From a virus (lineage: Duplodnaviria; Caudoviricetes): a DNA stretch of 63,871 nucleotides. The DNA is taken from positions 1 through 63,871 of IMG/VR virus record IMGVR_UViG_3300025012_000086; one strand, 5' to 3'. Shown here piece after piece: positions 1 through 8,863 of this stretch. The position numbers and the translations under genes are program-made. Position 1 is the stretch's first letter. Each line of letters begins with the position of its first letter. A model generated the notes under the pieces. The model searched no databases. It saw only the letters and a list, made by a program, of their open reading frames with translations, and was not told the DNA's origin.

Positions 1-176
1 TGACAGCCAAAGAGGAAGACGTTTCCAGCCAGGTGAAGAGGGAGGAAGCCAGAAAGAAGCTCTTCCCCGAGGAGTGGACCCCGAGGGCTGAGAAAGAACT
101 CCAAGATGCCAAGGCTGCAGCAGCTGCAGTAGCCAGGCCCAAAGTCGTCACCGCCCCAGGGTCGGTTGCTGTCGGC
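1..176 (+). repeat. Flank A, copy 1 (diverged direct repeat of 62940-63115) inside the giant gene
   Basis: Manual codon alignment: 53/58 aa identical, differences mostly synonymous; 35-bp exact run GCTGCAGTAGCCAGGCCCAAAGTCGTCACCGCCCC. Confidence 0.95.
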
Positions 177-3100
177 AGGTATTTCAAGACTACACCAAAT
201 AGCTCGACCATTGAGGTGGCGAAGCTACTTCCCAGGAGCGAACGTATCGATCCTGGGAAATTGGCGTCGGCTCAGTCGTTGATGGATAAAGCGGTAGCTG
301 GTATTGGTCAGAAAAGAGAACCGTTACGAGTTATTAAAAGGGATGACGGGACAATTAAGGTGTTGGACGGAAATACCACCATACACGAGTTGGCGGCTCG
401 TGGTGAGAAATATGCAGAGGTGCAGTTCGTCCAGAAAGCCACACAGGGTAAGTCTGCCAGCAAGAGCATGGATGCTTTATACGATAGCGCCATGGCGGCT
501 GTCGGCTCAATAAATAAGCATGTTGGCGAAATAGCCGAGGAAACTGGTGGGACGGTAAAATTACGCCCGTTCGAGGGTGGTCTTAAGAAAAGAGAGACAG
601 CAGAGCTGAAGCTTAAAAACAAATACGGTGGTAACGTTTCGATGATTGACGATGTGGTGGCGGCAACAATCATCTACAAAGATTACGACCACATGAAGGG
701 GGCTTTTGACAAGATAAAGAAACAGGAGAATGTTCTGTCGTGGAAAAACAGATACGACCAGGAGAGTTTGGGCGGGTATAGAGATATCCAGTTCACTATG
801 ATCGCCGACAATGGGCATATTTACGAGATGCAACTCAACACAGAACCCATGATGCAGGCTAAAAAACAACTACATGCCCTATACAAGGTGACAGGACTCC
901 TGACTCACGAAAATATAGATAGTGAAATAAAAGCATCGGCACTAGACAGGCTCAACGATCTCATGAATTACGGTTATGATGCCGCACTATCATTAGCCAA
1001 TGGTGGCAGTCAGGATGCTGTCGAAGATTTTCGCTCTGAATTATCTGGCATCGCTGAAGATTCGGCAAGAATTTTAAGTTTAGTTAATGAGTCTGTGACC
1101 TCTGACCGTCTCTCCCCGTCAACCAAGAAGATTCTCCTTGATTTTGTGTCCAGAACAAATAAATCACTACCGTCACCTAACAACACTTCCGTTGATACCA
1201 TATCAGACCCCCTTGTCGCTGGCTCTACTCCAGTGAATATTTTAACCAAACAAAATAATAATGTCAACAGAAATCTAAGTGAGGGCCAAGGTGGGCAAAA
1301 AGCTGCCGAGAAAATTGCCCCAAAAACCAGGCAATTTGAGGGCAACAAAGTCTTTACCGCCGACAAGGTGGAGAGCGCCAGGAAGAGCCTCAAGGATGCC
1401 CGTGGTAGGCTGAGCGCCGGAGTTGACCCTGAGCTGCTGGGTCACGTCATCACTATCGGTGGGGCTTATTTTGAGCAGGGCGTAAGGGATTTCGCCGAGT
1501 GGTCGGGCAAGGTGATCGCCGACGCAGGGGAGCATTACCGCAAGTACCTCAAGGAGGGATTCGAGATAGTAAGGAACCATCCTTCATTCTCGAAACAAGA
1601 AAAGAAGATCGGCGATTTCTTTAACTGGGAGCCGCCGACAGACGCCAATGGCAAGATCAAGGGGGCGCCGCCGAACGTCAATTCCAAGGAAGATCTCGAT
1701 AGGATGAGGCTGAAAATCTCACGGCTCCTGAAGGAGGGCGAGGTGGGCCGCTTCTGGTACGAGAATTCCTCCAATGCCATTCTCAAGGCGATGAACGGCG
1801 ACGTAGCCAAGGCCGAGAAATTCATCCAGCTCATAGCCATCTACTCGCCGCAAGCCCAGGTCCAGGCCAATACGGTGTTCGCCGTCAAGGCATGGAACCA
1901 GTTCGTCAACAACGTTCCGAGGGATCAGTTTAAGGTCAAGACCGCAGACCAGGATGGAAAAGCGGTCGATGTTCTCTATGACAACAAGCCATTCGACGGC
2001 AGGAAGACCAACAGTTTCTATATCAATCTCGTCAGCCAGATCATCTACAACGACCCGACAGCCATCGCCAAGATGGACCTCGACTCCTCCACCGTTGCGC
2101 TACTTAAGGAAAAGGCCACAATCGACATGTGGATGAAGCGGGCTTTCGGCTACGACGACATCGTTGTCAGGGACGATAAGGGCACCGGTCAGTACTCATT
2201 CATGGAGAACGAGATACTCAGGGTAACCGATAGGCTGAACGCCAGTCTCAAGAGGGGCGACAAGAAGTGGATTCCGTTCCAGGTGCAAGCCGCTGTTTGG
2301 ACGGCGATGAAGGCCAGGTATGAGGATGCCGTGGTCAAAACCAAGACCTGGAGCGAGTCGGTCAAGAAGGGTTACTCATTTATCGGAGATAACGGCAGGC
2401 CAGAGTTCAAGAAGGACGCAGAGTCACTGAAGCAACACCGTAAGATCTGGCACCGGCAGGCCATGTTACTACCGGCGAGAAAGGCCAGGGAGAATGCAGA
2501 ACTTACCGCAGCAGATTTCTCGACGTTCATCAACAGGGCTACATCGACAATCACCTGGGAGGCGATCCCTAGCTCTTCGTTTGAGTACGATATATTCAAT
2601 GCCTCGCCAGCAGTTAAGCGCATGTTTACTTCTGAGGCTAGGGGGCTGCTGCTGTCGAATGACGGCGCTGACATGTTAGCGCAGAGACTCGGGGTGTCAA
2701 TCTCCTTCGTGAGCGATGGAGCTGGTGCCTACGGTGGTAACGTCAACCCTAACAGTCTCAGCCATGTGGTCCTGGCGAAAGAGGGCGGTGAGTTTGTCCG
2801 CGACAACGCCAGGGATTACGCTCTCGCGATCCAATACATTTTTAAACAGGATGCGGTTCCATGGTTCAGGGCTGATGCGGCTATGCTGTCGAAGGTCAAT
2901 CAGGATAAGCAGAAATTCCGGGTGGTCAACGAGAGGGGCACAACTATCTCACGTCACAATTCCCTGGCCGAAGCCCAGGCTGCAGCGGCAAAACGCGGTG
3001 AATCATTCTCCGTGAAGGGCGGTAAATATGCTCGGGGTGTGGTGGTAGAATTCTCGGAAAACATCACAGAAAACCTAGAAAATAAAGTCCTGGCAGCACT

Positions 3101-6100
3101 CGGTGAAGGAGCTGGATTTACTAGGATTTCTAACAACCAGATCGCGATAATAAATTTCAGGGACGACTCGACGGGTGTGCCGTTCGTAGATGACGAAACT
3201 TTCATGGGCGGGGTCCAGTCATTCCTCGACAACCATGGTGCCGATCTCGGTGTTGCCGAGGCGAAATCCATGTGGGCCGAAGGGGAATATGGATACGTCC
3301 ACAACTGGAGCGAAGACGGTAATGGCGAAACGATTCTCGATAAAGGAAGCATCGGTGAACGATCAGATCTACAACGGTGGCTTCGTGATAGGCGGTCAGA
3401 CTTCGAAAGTCTTATCCAGCAATACTCGGGCGAAAACCTCAAGCTCCGTGAGCAAGAAGTCAAGGAATTCGAAAAGCTCGGTGGAATAAAATTCCAGGCC
3501 ATAGAGGTTTCAATCCCCCTCGACTCAGACGGAAATATGAACCTGGTTCACTGGTCACCAGTTCCAGGTATGAAGACTATTGATCCAGACAGATACGGAG
3601 AAGGCATTTCAGGGGCCGAGGCGAAGAGACAGCATGCCGATCCAGACAACTGGGTCAACAGGACATATTACGGGATAGGGGGCGGTGGATACCGCAAGGA
3701 AGTGGGCCTCGGCCAATACCGATACGAGGCCAAGGTTCCTCCCTCGAAGATGTACGATTTTGCCAAAGACCCAGAAGGGCTTAGAGCTAAAGCTCAGGCG
3801 GCTAGGACACAGAATCCATTCATTAATGCTACCAACCTGTACGAGAAATTCATCAAGGACGCTGGATATCTTGGCTACTGGTCAGACATGAATGGTGGAA
3901 AGGTGGCTGCTATTTTTGGCAAGATCACCCCAACCAGGGAGACATTACAACCAGAGGCCGGGGTTAAGCTGCAGGCTGGACTTGGTAAACTCTCTTCAGG
4001 GCTTCCGCGAACAGTATTCGATAGCCTCCTCTCTAGCCTAAGCCCTGGCCAAAGGAGTGTGGCATCCAAGCTGGTAAGCAGCGGCAAGGTGGTGCTTATG
4101 ACAACCGACGAAGCCATAGCCGAAGCCAAGGAAGCCGGATATTCCAAGGCCGAGCTTGATGCAAATCTCGTGCCAATCGGAATAGAGATTCCCGGAAAAA
4201 CCATACTGGTTCCCGAGAACATCCCCAGCGGCGAGTTATGGGGGTCACTGCGTCACGCAATAGGCACCCATATCGGCAGGATGATGGCCAATAGCGCTGA
4301 ATTCCAGATGATGAAGAAAACCATCGATAGGCGGCGCGGAGAAAAGTCAGACACCGGGGATGCTATCAGGCGGGCAATCGAGCAGATTCCAACCGGCACG
4401 GCCAAGGAGGATTTCAGCGAGGAGATCCTTGCCTACATGGTGAGTACGTCAGAGGACGTCGGGATCGTCAGGCGCATTATTGCGATGATAAAAAGTATGG
4501 TCACGCGCTTCGGAGTTTCGTACAAGATCTTCAACGAGAAGGACTTCAAGGCTCTGGCGGATCTCGCGATCAGGAGGGAAGCACGCAGTGACAAGCCGAC
4601 AATGTTTGACATCGAAGGGATAAAGTTCCAGATGGCTGGCAGGGAAAGCCTCACCACCGGCATCAATATGAGAGACGCCAAAATCTTCCTACGAGATAAA
4701 GGCGTACAGTTGAGTAACGTAGAGCCAGACGATTATCTTAAGCTCGCAGTGTCTCACGGCTACCTCAAGGACGAGGGCAAGCAGCTTTCCCTAATGGAGA
4801 AAGCCCAGGCGATGAAGGAGGGTGGTGCTGACAGGAAATCGATATGGGATGAAACCGGCTGGTGGGAGATGGTTCCAGGTGAATGGCAGTACGAGATTGA
4901 CGACTCCACCGGTAAGTGGGACGCCAGGACTTGGGGCATGATGAAGCCCAATGCAGCCGTGCCTCTTCCTGAGGTTTACAATAATCCACCGCTGTTTAAG
5001 GCGTACCCGTATCTCAAGGAAGTGAGGGTCATTGCAGCGAAGCTCGATCAGGGCCATCTCGGCGGCTGGGACCAGGAGGGAAATATCAGAATCAATATAA
5101 CCCTGTTTGACCCAGCAGCAAGAACAGTCCTTGAGCACGAGATGCAGCACGTCATTCAAGATATCGAGAACTTCTCGAAGGGCGGAAACGTCGCCAATCA
5201 GATCAAGAAGAACCAGGATAAACTCACTCAGCTCGATAGGCAGATAGCCAGTATCAACGAACAAATGTCGTGGATCGCAGCAAACGGGCCACAATACCAG
5301 GGCCAGCTCGTACCTGAGGCCAGGAAGCTCTACGATTCCCTCATGGAAAGCCGAAGCGTACTTGGCGCTGAGTGGGTCGTACTGTCTGGCAACATCAACA
5401 GTATCAGCCACAACGAATACAAACGGTTGACGGGTGAGGTACAGGCCAGGCTGACACAGGCCAGGCTTGGCATGTCGAAAGCGGACAGAAAGAAACATCC
5501 GCCGTGGGAGACTCTTGAGGGAATGCTCATGGGTGAGGGGCTGATGGGTATGAATCAGAAGCCAGAGGATATCCTCATCTCCCGGAAGGACGCTACTTCC
5601 GCAGGTTGGGCTGACTCATACACGCCTACCCCGGCAGTCGGCTCAGTACATCCTGCAGTGACCTTCCTGGATAGGATGGCCAATACAGTTGATTTCAAGG
5701 GCAAGTTTGACGAGATCGCCACCTACTTCTGGAACAGGGATAAAGCGATTGAGCGGGTGCAGGAGAGTATAGGTCCGCAGCCAATCGAGCGGGATCATGC
5801 CACCCTGAAAGGCCTTGTCGGCAAGATTATGGCCAACGACGTTAAGCAGTTTGACAAGAATGTCCTGCAGCCGTTCCTCGATTTCCTGGCAAAGCACAAG
5901 ATCTCTATCCAGGATGTTGAGGAGCTGGCACATGCCCAACACGCACCTGAACGCAACCTGCAGATGCGCCGGGTAAACGCCAGGCGGTACGTTGACAACC
6001 TCCTTATTTTCATGACCGACGCCGAGAAGCGCCCGTGGCAAGACAAGCTCGGGCTTATCCAGGATGAATTCGTCATGAACGACCAGACCAGAAACAAGAG

Positions 6101-8537
6101 GCGCGACAACACAATTGCCCTGGTTGAGGAGATGGCCGACACCGTGCGGAGTCAGCGGGCGCAGGTTGACCAACTCGCCAAAGAATTTGCCGCTAGGGTC
6201 TTCACCGCTGAAGAGATCAAAAAAGGCACACCGGAATTCCTGCAAAACCGTCTGCTCAATATGTATGAGAGGCTGGAAAAACGCGAGTCCATTATCGCCC
6301 ACTGGGATGATGTCAAGGGTAGACTCTCGGGAATGACAAATGGACAGGCCAGAGCTATAGAGGACAGATTCCAGGGAAGACAAGAGGTTTACCGGGCAGC
6401 AGAGATGATGCGGTCAATCAGTCGTGCCGCTCTCGATATCAACCATGAGGCAGGGGAACTGACCGATGACGAGTACTCGGCGATCATCGGCACCTATCAG
6501 TACCACGTGCCCCTCATGAGGGAAGAGGCCGATGAAGGGAAGACGCCAACCGGCAAGGCCGGGGTAGGGCCACTTGGCAAGCCGATAAAGATCGCCTATG
6601 GATCTACCAAGGGCGTGGCGCACATACTTGGCCACGTGGTTGACAGATACCAGTCCGCCCTCACACGGAGGCGTAAATTAGAGGCTGGAAGGGCGCTGTA
6701 CGAGATGGTGAAACAAAACCCTGATGAAGGTCTATGGTCAATCGGCGAGCTTGAGAAGGCCCCATATCTCGATAACGAGGGCAATGTCAGATTCTACCCG
6801 GACCAGCAGCTGGACCCGAAATACCAAACCTACGTCAAGGTCGATGGCGTCAAGCACATTATCGAGGTGGCGAAGGATAACCCTATGGCGGTTCGCTTCA
6901 TGGAGGCTATCAATCGCCAGGTCACCCCGCTCGGTCCAATTATCAGGGCGTCTGGTCATGTCACGAGGATACTCGCCAGGCTGTCCACCACATGGACCCC
7001 AGAGTTTACCCTGCCAAACTTTATCCGCGACTTACAGACAGCCATGGTCAATATGTCATCGACCGAAGCAGCTGGTATGCAGTCGAAAGTATTCGGGAAT
7101 ATCCGTAGCGCTGTTGCTGGTATCTACCGCGAGGAGCGCGGGAAACCTTCAGGCCAGTGGGGCGCTATCTACCGTGACGCTGCAGAGAACGGCGTCATTA
7201 TGGGATGGATGCGGTCGTATGATGACGTGGCCCAGTTGTCAGAGAAGATCCAGTCGGACCTTGAGATGAAGAAGGGCGGGCACAAGATCAAGGAGAACTT
7301 CATGCGTCTCGGTAATTTTATCGAGAGCGTCAACCTATCTGTCGAGAACGGCGTCAGGGTGGCAACATATCAGGCCCTGGTAGAATCAGGGATCGACAAG
7401 CGTAACGCGGCCCGTATTGCCTCCAACCTGACAGTTGATTTCACGAAACACGGTACGGCAGGGCCAGCGATGAACTCGCTCTGGATGTTCGCCAACGCCG
7501 GAATACAGGGCAACGTGCGGATACTACAGGCCGTAACATCCTCGCCGACTGTCAGAAAAACGGTAGTTGGTATCGCTGCATTTGGAGCATTCGCAAGCTT
7601 CCTTGGCGCTATTGCTGGCGGTGACGACGATGACGGGGAGTCCTACTATGATAAGCTGAAGCGGACAAACCCGGCGCTGTTTGAGCGCAACATAGTGCTC
7701 ATGGTTCCCGGTGGCGAGGGCAAACATATCAAGGTTCCTATGGCCTACGGGTACAATATCTTCTTCAAGTTTGGCGAAGAGATAGGTAGCGTCATGCGGG
7801 GGCAGAAGCCCGTAGAGGCGGCTATCAGATGGGGCAAGGCCTTCATTAATAACTTTAACCCACTGGCCGCTGGCACCATCCTGCAAACCGTGGCACCTAC
7901 CCTTCTGGACCCGCTTGCCCAGGTAAGAGAGAATGCTGCATGGCACGGTGGTCCTCTCATGCCTGCCGGTAACCCGTGGGCGAATCAGCCAGACAGCGAG
8001 CTTTATTTCAAAGATGTAAACCCGGCGTCTAAGGCGGTGACCGAGTGGCTCAATAGACATACCGGTGGTAGTAAGTACCGGGAAGGGGCGATCTCTGTTT
8101 CGCCCGAAACTATCGAGATGCTGGTCGAGACATTTACTGGCGGTGCCGGTAAGATGGCCAAAGACGTACTGAATCTTCCGTTCGCAGTAGCAGATGGCGA
8201 TCTGTCGATCCGAAATGTCCCAATAGCCAGGAGGTTGATAGGCACCATGCCCACAGGAATAAACCGTCAGATCTACTTTGAGAACCGCGAGGAGATGAGC
8301 ACCTTCGTTCGCGAGCTGAAGAGTGCAACCAAGGACGACAGACCAGGACTGATTCGCGAGCCGCTATACAAGATGGTCGGTGCCTTTGAGAGGACCGAAG
8401 AGAGAATCCGGGATCTCAATAGGCAGAAAAAAGAGATCGTCAGTAAGAAGGGCAATACTGATAGGATCGATAAGCTGATCGAGGACGCGCAAGTCGATTT
8501 TAATAAAAGATACAACAAGGCCCTTGGCCGAGATTGA
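3..8537 (+). CDS. Giant polyvalent virion/ejection protein, 5'-truncated (ParB-like, RelA/SpoT-like, HhH glycosylase-like, ART-like, LPD23 + zincin MPTase, C-terminal LPD38-like)
   Basis: Frame open from base 3; motifs VLDGNT, LKKRETAELK/IDDVVAATI/GYRD/EMQLNT, WY..YSPQ..KT.SFY..TIDMW..QAAVW, LVHWS..RTYYG, IWDETGW..WQYEIDD, HEMQH..GEVQAR, IKVPMAYGY; last gene of the ejection-protein cluster. Confidence 0.85.
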   Translation, partial: TAKEEDVSSQVKREEARKKLFPEEWTPRAEKELQDAKAAAAAVARPKVVTAPGSVAVGRYFKTTPNSSTIEVAKLLPRSERIDPGKLASAQSLMDKAVAGIGQKREPLRVIKRDDGTIKVLDGNTTIHELAARGEKYAEVQFVQKATQGKSASKSMDALYDSAMAAVGSINKHVGEIAEETGGTVKLRPFEGGLKKRETAELKLKNKYGGNVSMIDDVVAATIIYKDYDHMKGAFDKIKKQENVLSWKNRYDQESLGGYRDIQFTMIADNGHIYEMQLNTEPMMQAKKQLHALYKVTGLLTHENIDSEIKASALDRLNDLMNYGYDAALSLANGGSQDAVEDFRSELSGIAEDSARILSLVNESVTSDRLSPSTKKILLDFVSRTNKSLPSPNNTSVDTISDPLVAGSTPVNILTKQNNNVNRNLSEGQGGQKAAEKIAPKTRQFEGNKVFTADKVESARKSLKDARGRLSAGVDPELLGHVITIGGAYFEQGVRDFAEWSGKVIADAGEHYRKYLKEGFEIVRNHPSFSKQEKKIGDFFNWEPPTDANGKIKGAPPNVNSKEDLDRMRLKISRLLKEGEVGRFWYENSSNAILKAMNGDVAKAEKFIQLIAIYSPQAQVQANTVFAVKAWNQFVNNVPRDQFKVKTADQDGKAVDVLYDNKPFDGRKTNSFYINLVSQIIYNDPTAIAKMDLDSSTVALLKEKATIDMWMKRAFGYDDIVVRDDKGTGQYSFMENEILRVTDRLNASLKRGDKKWIPFQVQAAVWTAMKARYEDAVVKTKTWSESVKKGYSFIGDNGRPEFKKDAESLKQHRKIWHRQAMLLPARKARENAELTAADFSTFINRATSTITWEAIPSSSFEYDIFNASPAVKRMFTSEARGLLLSNDGADMLAQRLGVSISFVSDGAGAYGGNVNPNSLSHVVLAKEGGEFVRDNARDYALAIQYIFKQDAVPWFRADAAMLSKVNQDKQKFRVVNERGTTISRHNSLAEAQAAAAKRGESFSVKGGKYARGVVVEFSENITENLENKVLAALGEGAGFTRISNNQIAIINFRDDSTGVPFVDDETFMGGVQSFLDNHGADLGVAEAKSMWAEGEYGYVHNWSEDGNGETILDKGSIGERSDLQRWLRDRRSDFESLIQQYSGENLKLREQEVKEFEKLGGIKFQAIEVSIPLDSDGNMNLVHWSPVPGMKTIDPDRYGEGISGAEAKRQHADPDNWVNRTYYGIGGGGYRKEVGLGQYRYEAKVPPSKMYDFAKDPEGLRAKAQAARTQNPFINATNLYEKFIKDAGYLGYWSDMNGGKVAAIFGKITPTRETLQPEAGVKLQAGLGKLSSGLPRTVFDSLLSSLSPGQRSVASKLVSSGKVVLMTTDEAIAEAKEAGYSKAELDANLVPIGIEIPGKTILVPENIPSGELWGSLRHAIGTHIGRMMANSAEFQMMKKTIDRRRGEKSDTGDAIRRAIEQIPTGTAKEDFSEEILAYMVSTSEDVGIVRRIIAMIKSMVTRFGVSYKIFNEKDFKALADLAIRREARSDKPTMFDIEGIKFQMAGRESLTTGINMRDAKIFLRDKGVQLSNVEPDDYLKLAVSHGYLKDEGKQLSLMEKAQAMKEGGADRKSIWDETGWWEMVPGEWQYEIDDSTGKWDARTWGMMKPNAAVPLPEVYNNPPLFKAYPYLKEVRVIAAKLDQGHLGGWDQEGNIRINITLFDPAARTVLEHEMQHVIQDIENFSKGGNVANQIKKNQDKLTQLDRQIASINEQMSWIAANGPQYQGQLVPEARKLYDSLMESRSVLGAEWVVLSGNINSISHNEYKRLTGEVQARLTQARLGMSKADRKKHPPWETLEGMLMGEGLMGMNQKPEDILISRKDATSAGWADSYTPTPAVGSVHPAVTFLDRMANTVDFKGKFDEIATYFWNRDKAIERVQESIGPQPIERDHATLKGLVGKIMANDVKQFDKNVLQPFLDFLAKHKISIQDVEELAHAQHAPERNLQMRRVNARRYVDNLLIFMTDAEKRPWQDKLGLIQDEFVMNDQTRNKRRDNTIALVEEMADTVRSQRAQVDQLAKEFAARVFTAEEIKKGTPEFLQNRLLNMYERLEKRESIIAHWDDVKGRLSGMTNGQARAIEDRFQGRQEVYRAAEMMRSISRAALDINHEAGELTDDEYSAIIGTYQYHVPLMREEADEGKTPTGKAGVGPLGKPIKIAYGSTKGVAHILGHVVDRYQSALTRRRKLEAGRALYEMVKQNPDEGLWSIGELEKAPYLDNEGNVRFYPDQQLDPKYQTYVKVDGVKHIIEVAKDNPMAVRFMEAINRQVTPLGPIIRASGHVTRILARLSTTWTPEFTLPNFIRDLQTAMVNMSSTEAAGMQSKVFGNIRSAVAGIYREERGKPSGQWGAIYRDAAENGVIMGWMRSYDDVAQLSEKIQSDLEMKKGGHKIKENFMRLGNFIESVNLSVENGVRVATYQALVESGIDKRNAARIASNLTVDFTKHGTAGPAMNSLWMFANAGIQGNVRILQAVTSSPTVRKTVVGIAAFGAFASFLGAIAGGDDDDGESYYDKLKRTNPALFERNIVLMVPGGEGKHIKVPMAYGYNIFFKFGEEIGSVMRGQKPVEAAIRWGKAFINNFNPLAAGTILQTVAPTLLDPLAQVRENAAWHGGPLMPAGNPWANQPDSELYFKDVNPASKAVTEWLNRHTGGSKYREGAISVSPETIEMLVETFTGGAGKMAKDVLNLPFAVADGDLSIRNVPIARRLIGTMPTGINRQIYFENREEMSTFVRELKSATKDDRPGLIREPLYKMVGAFERTEERIRDLNRQKKEIVSKKGNTDRIDKLIEDAQVDFNKRYNKALGRD
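1010..1201 (-). CDS. Nested antisense small protein (63 aa), candidate antitoxin/immunity for the RelA/SpoT-like domain
   Basis: ATG at 1201, AAGGGGG SD 6 nt upstream, sigma70-like promoter at 1239-1267; MVSTEVLLGDGSDLFVLDTKSRRIFLVDGERRSEVTDSLTKLKILAESSAMPDNSERKSSTAS; function inferred. Confidence 0.65.
   Translation of the reverse strand: MVSTEVLLGDGSDLFVLDTKSRRIFLVDGERRSEVTDSLTKLKILAESSAMPDNSERKSSTAS
1239..1267 (-). promoter_or_regulatory. Antisense sigma70-type promoter embedded in coding sequence
   Basis: Minus strand TTGACA-ttattattttgtttggt(17)-TAAAAT. Confidence 0.75.
1295..1520 (+). repeat. Flank B, copy 1 (repeat of 63646-63871; last 99 bp identical)
   Basis: Both encode ..KTRQFEGNKVFTADKVE.ARKSLKDARGRL.AGVDPELLGHVITIGGAYFEQGVRDFAEWSGKVIA; 1422-1520 = 63773-63871 exactly. 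Confidence 0.95.
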
Positions 8538-8593
8538 TTGTCAAGAAAAAAGAAACTATATTCTTTAAACAAGGATTTTACCGGAGGACTCCA

Positions 8594-8854
8594 ATGGCAG
8601 CACCTAAAGATTTTCTAAGAAAGAATGGCGAGATGGTTCAGGCGTTCCCGCTCTACTCGGGACAGGTTAATATCCTTGCCGCCGCAGGGGCAAAGCACAC
8701 GAACTGTTTCTGTTGTGCTATCGATGGAACATTTACTGTGACATTCGCAGATGCAGTTTCTGCGTCGATAGCTATGTTCGCTGGTGATGTGTTTTCAATT
8801 CCTGGTGGCGGGACCGTATTGGCCACTGGTGGCGCATCATTCCATTATGTATAA
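8594..8854 (+). CDS. Small putative virion/tail protein
   Basis: GGAGG SD before ATG 8594; beta-rich composition; precedes fibre-like gene. Confidence 0.55.
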   Translation: MAAPKDFLRKNGEMVQAFPLYSGQVNILAAAGAKHTNCFCCAIDGTFTVTFADAVSASIAMFAGDVFSIPGGGTVLATGGASFHYV

Positions 8855-8863
8855 GGTGCGGCT

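Noticed and set aside
33-35. GTG start of the 2834-aa ORF
   Set aside because: Frame is open from base 3 and matches the middle of the 61100 ORF; the gene is truncated by the window edge
1202-1393. Full 127-aa version of the antisense ORF
   Set aside because: The upstream part spans the promoter and flank B and is shadow sequence; the SD and promoter support ATG 1201
2954-8572. Other antisense ORFs within the giant gene
   Set aside because: Other minus-strand TTGACA hexamers noticed (~2700, ~6315) lack a properly spaced -10 and a linked SD/ATG
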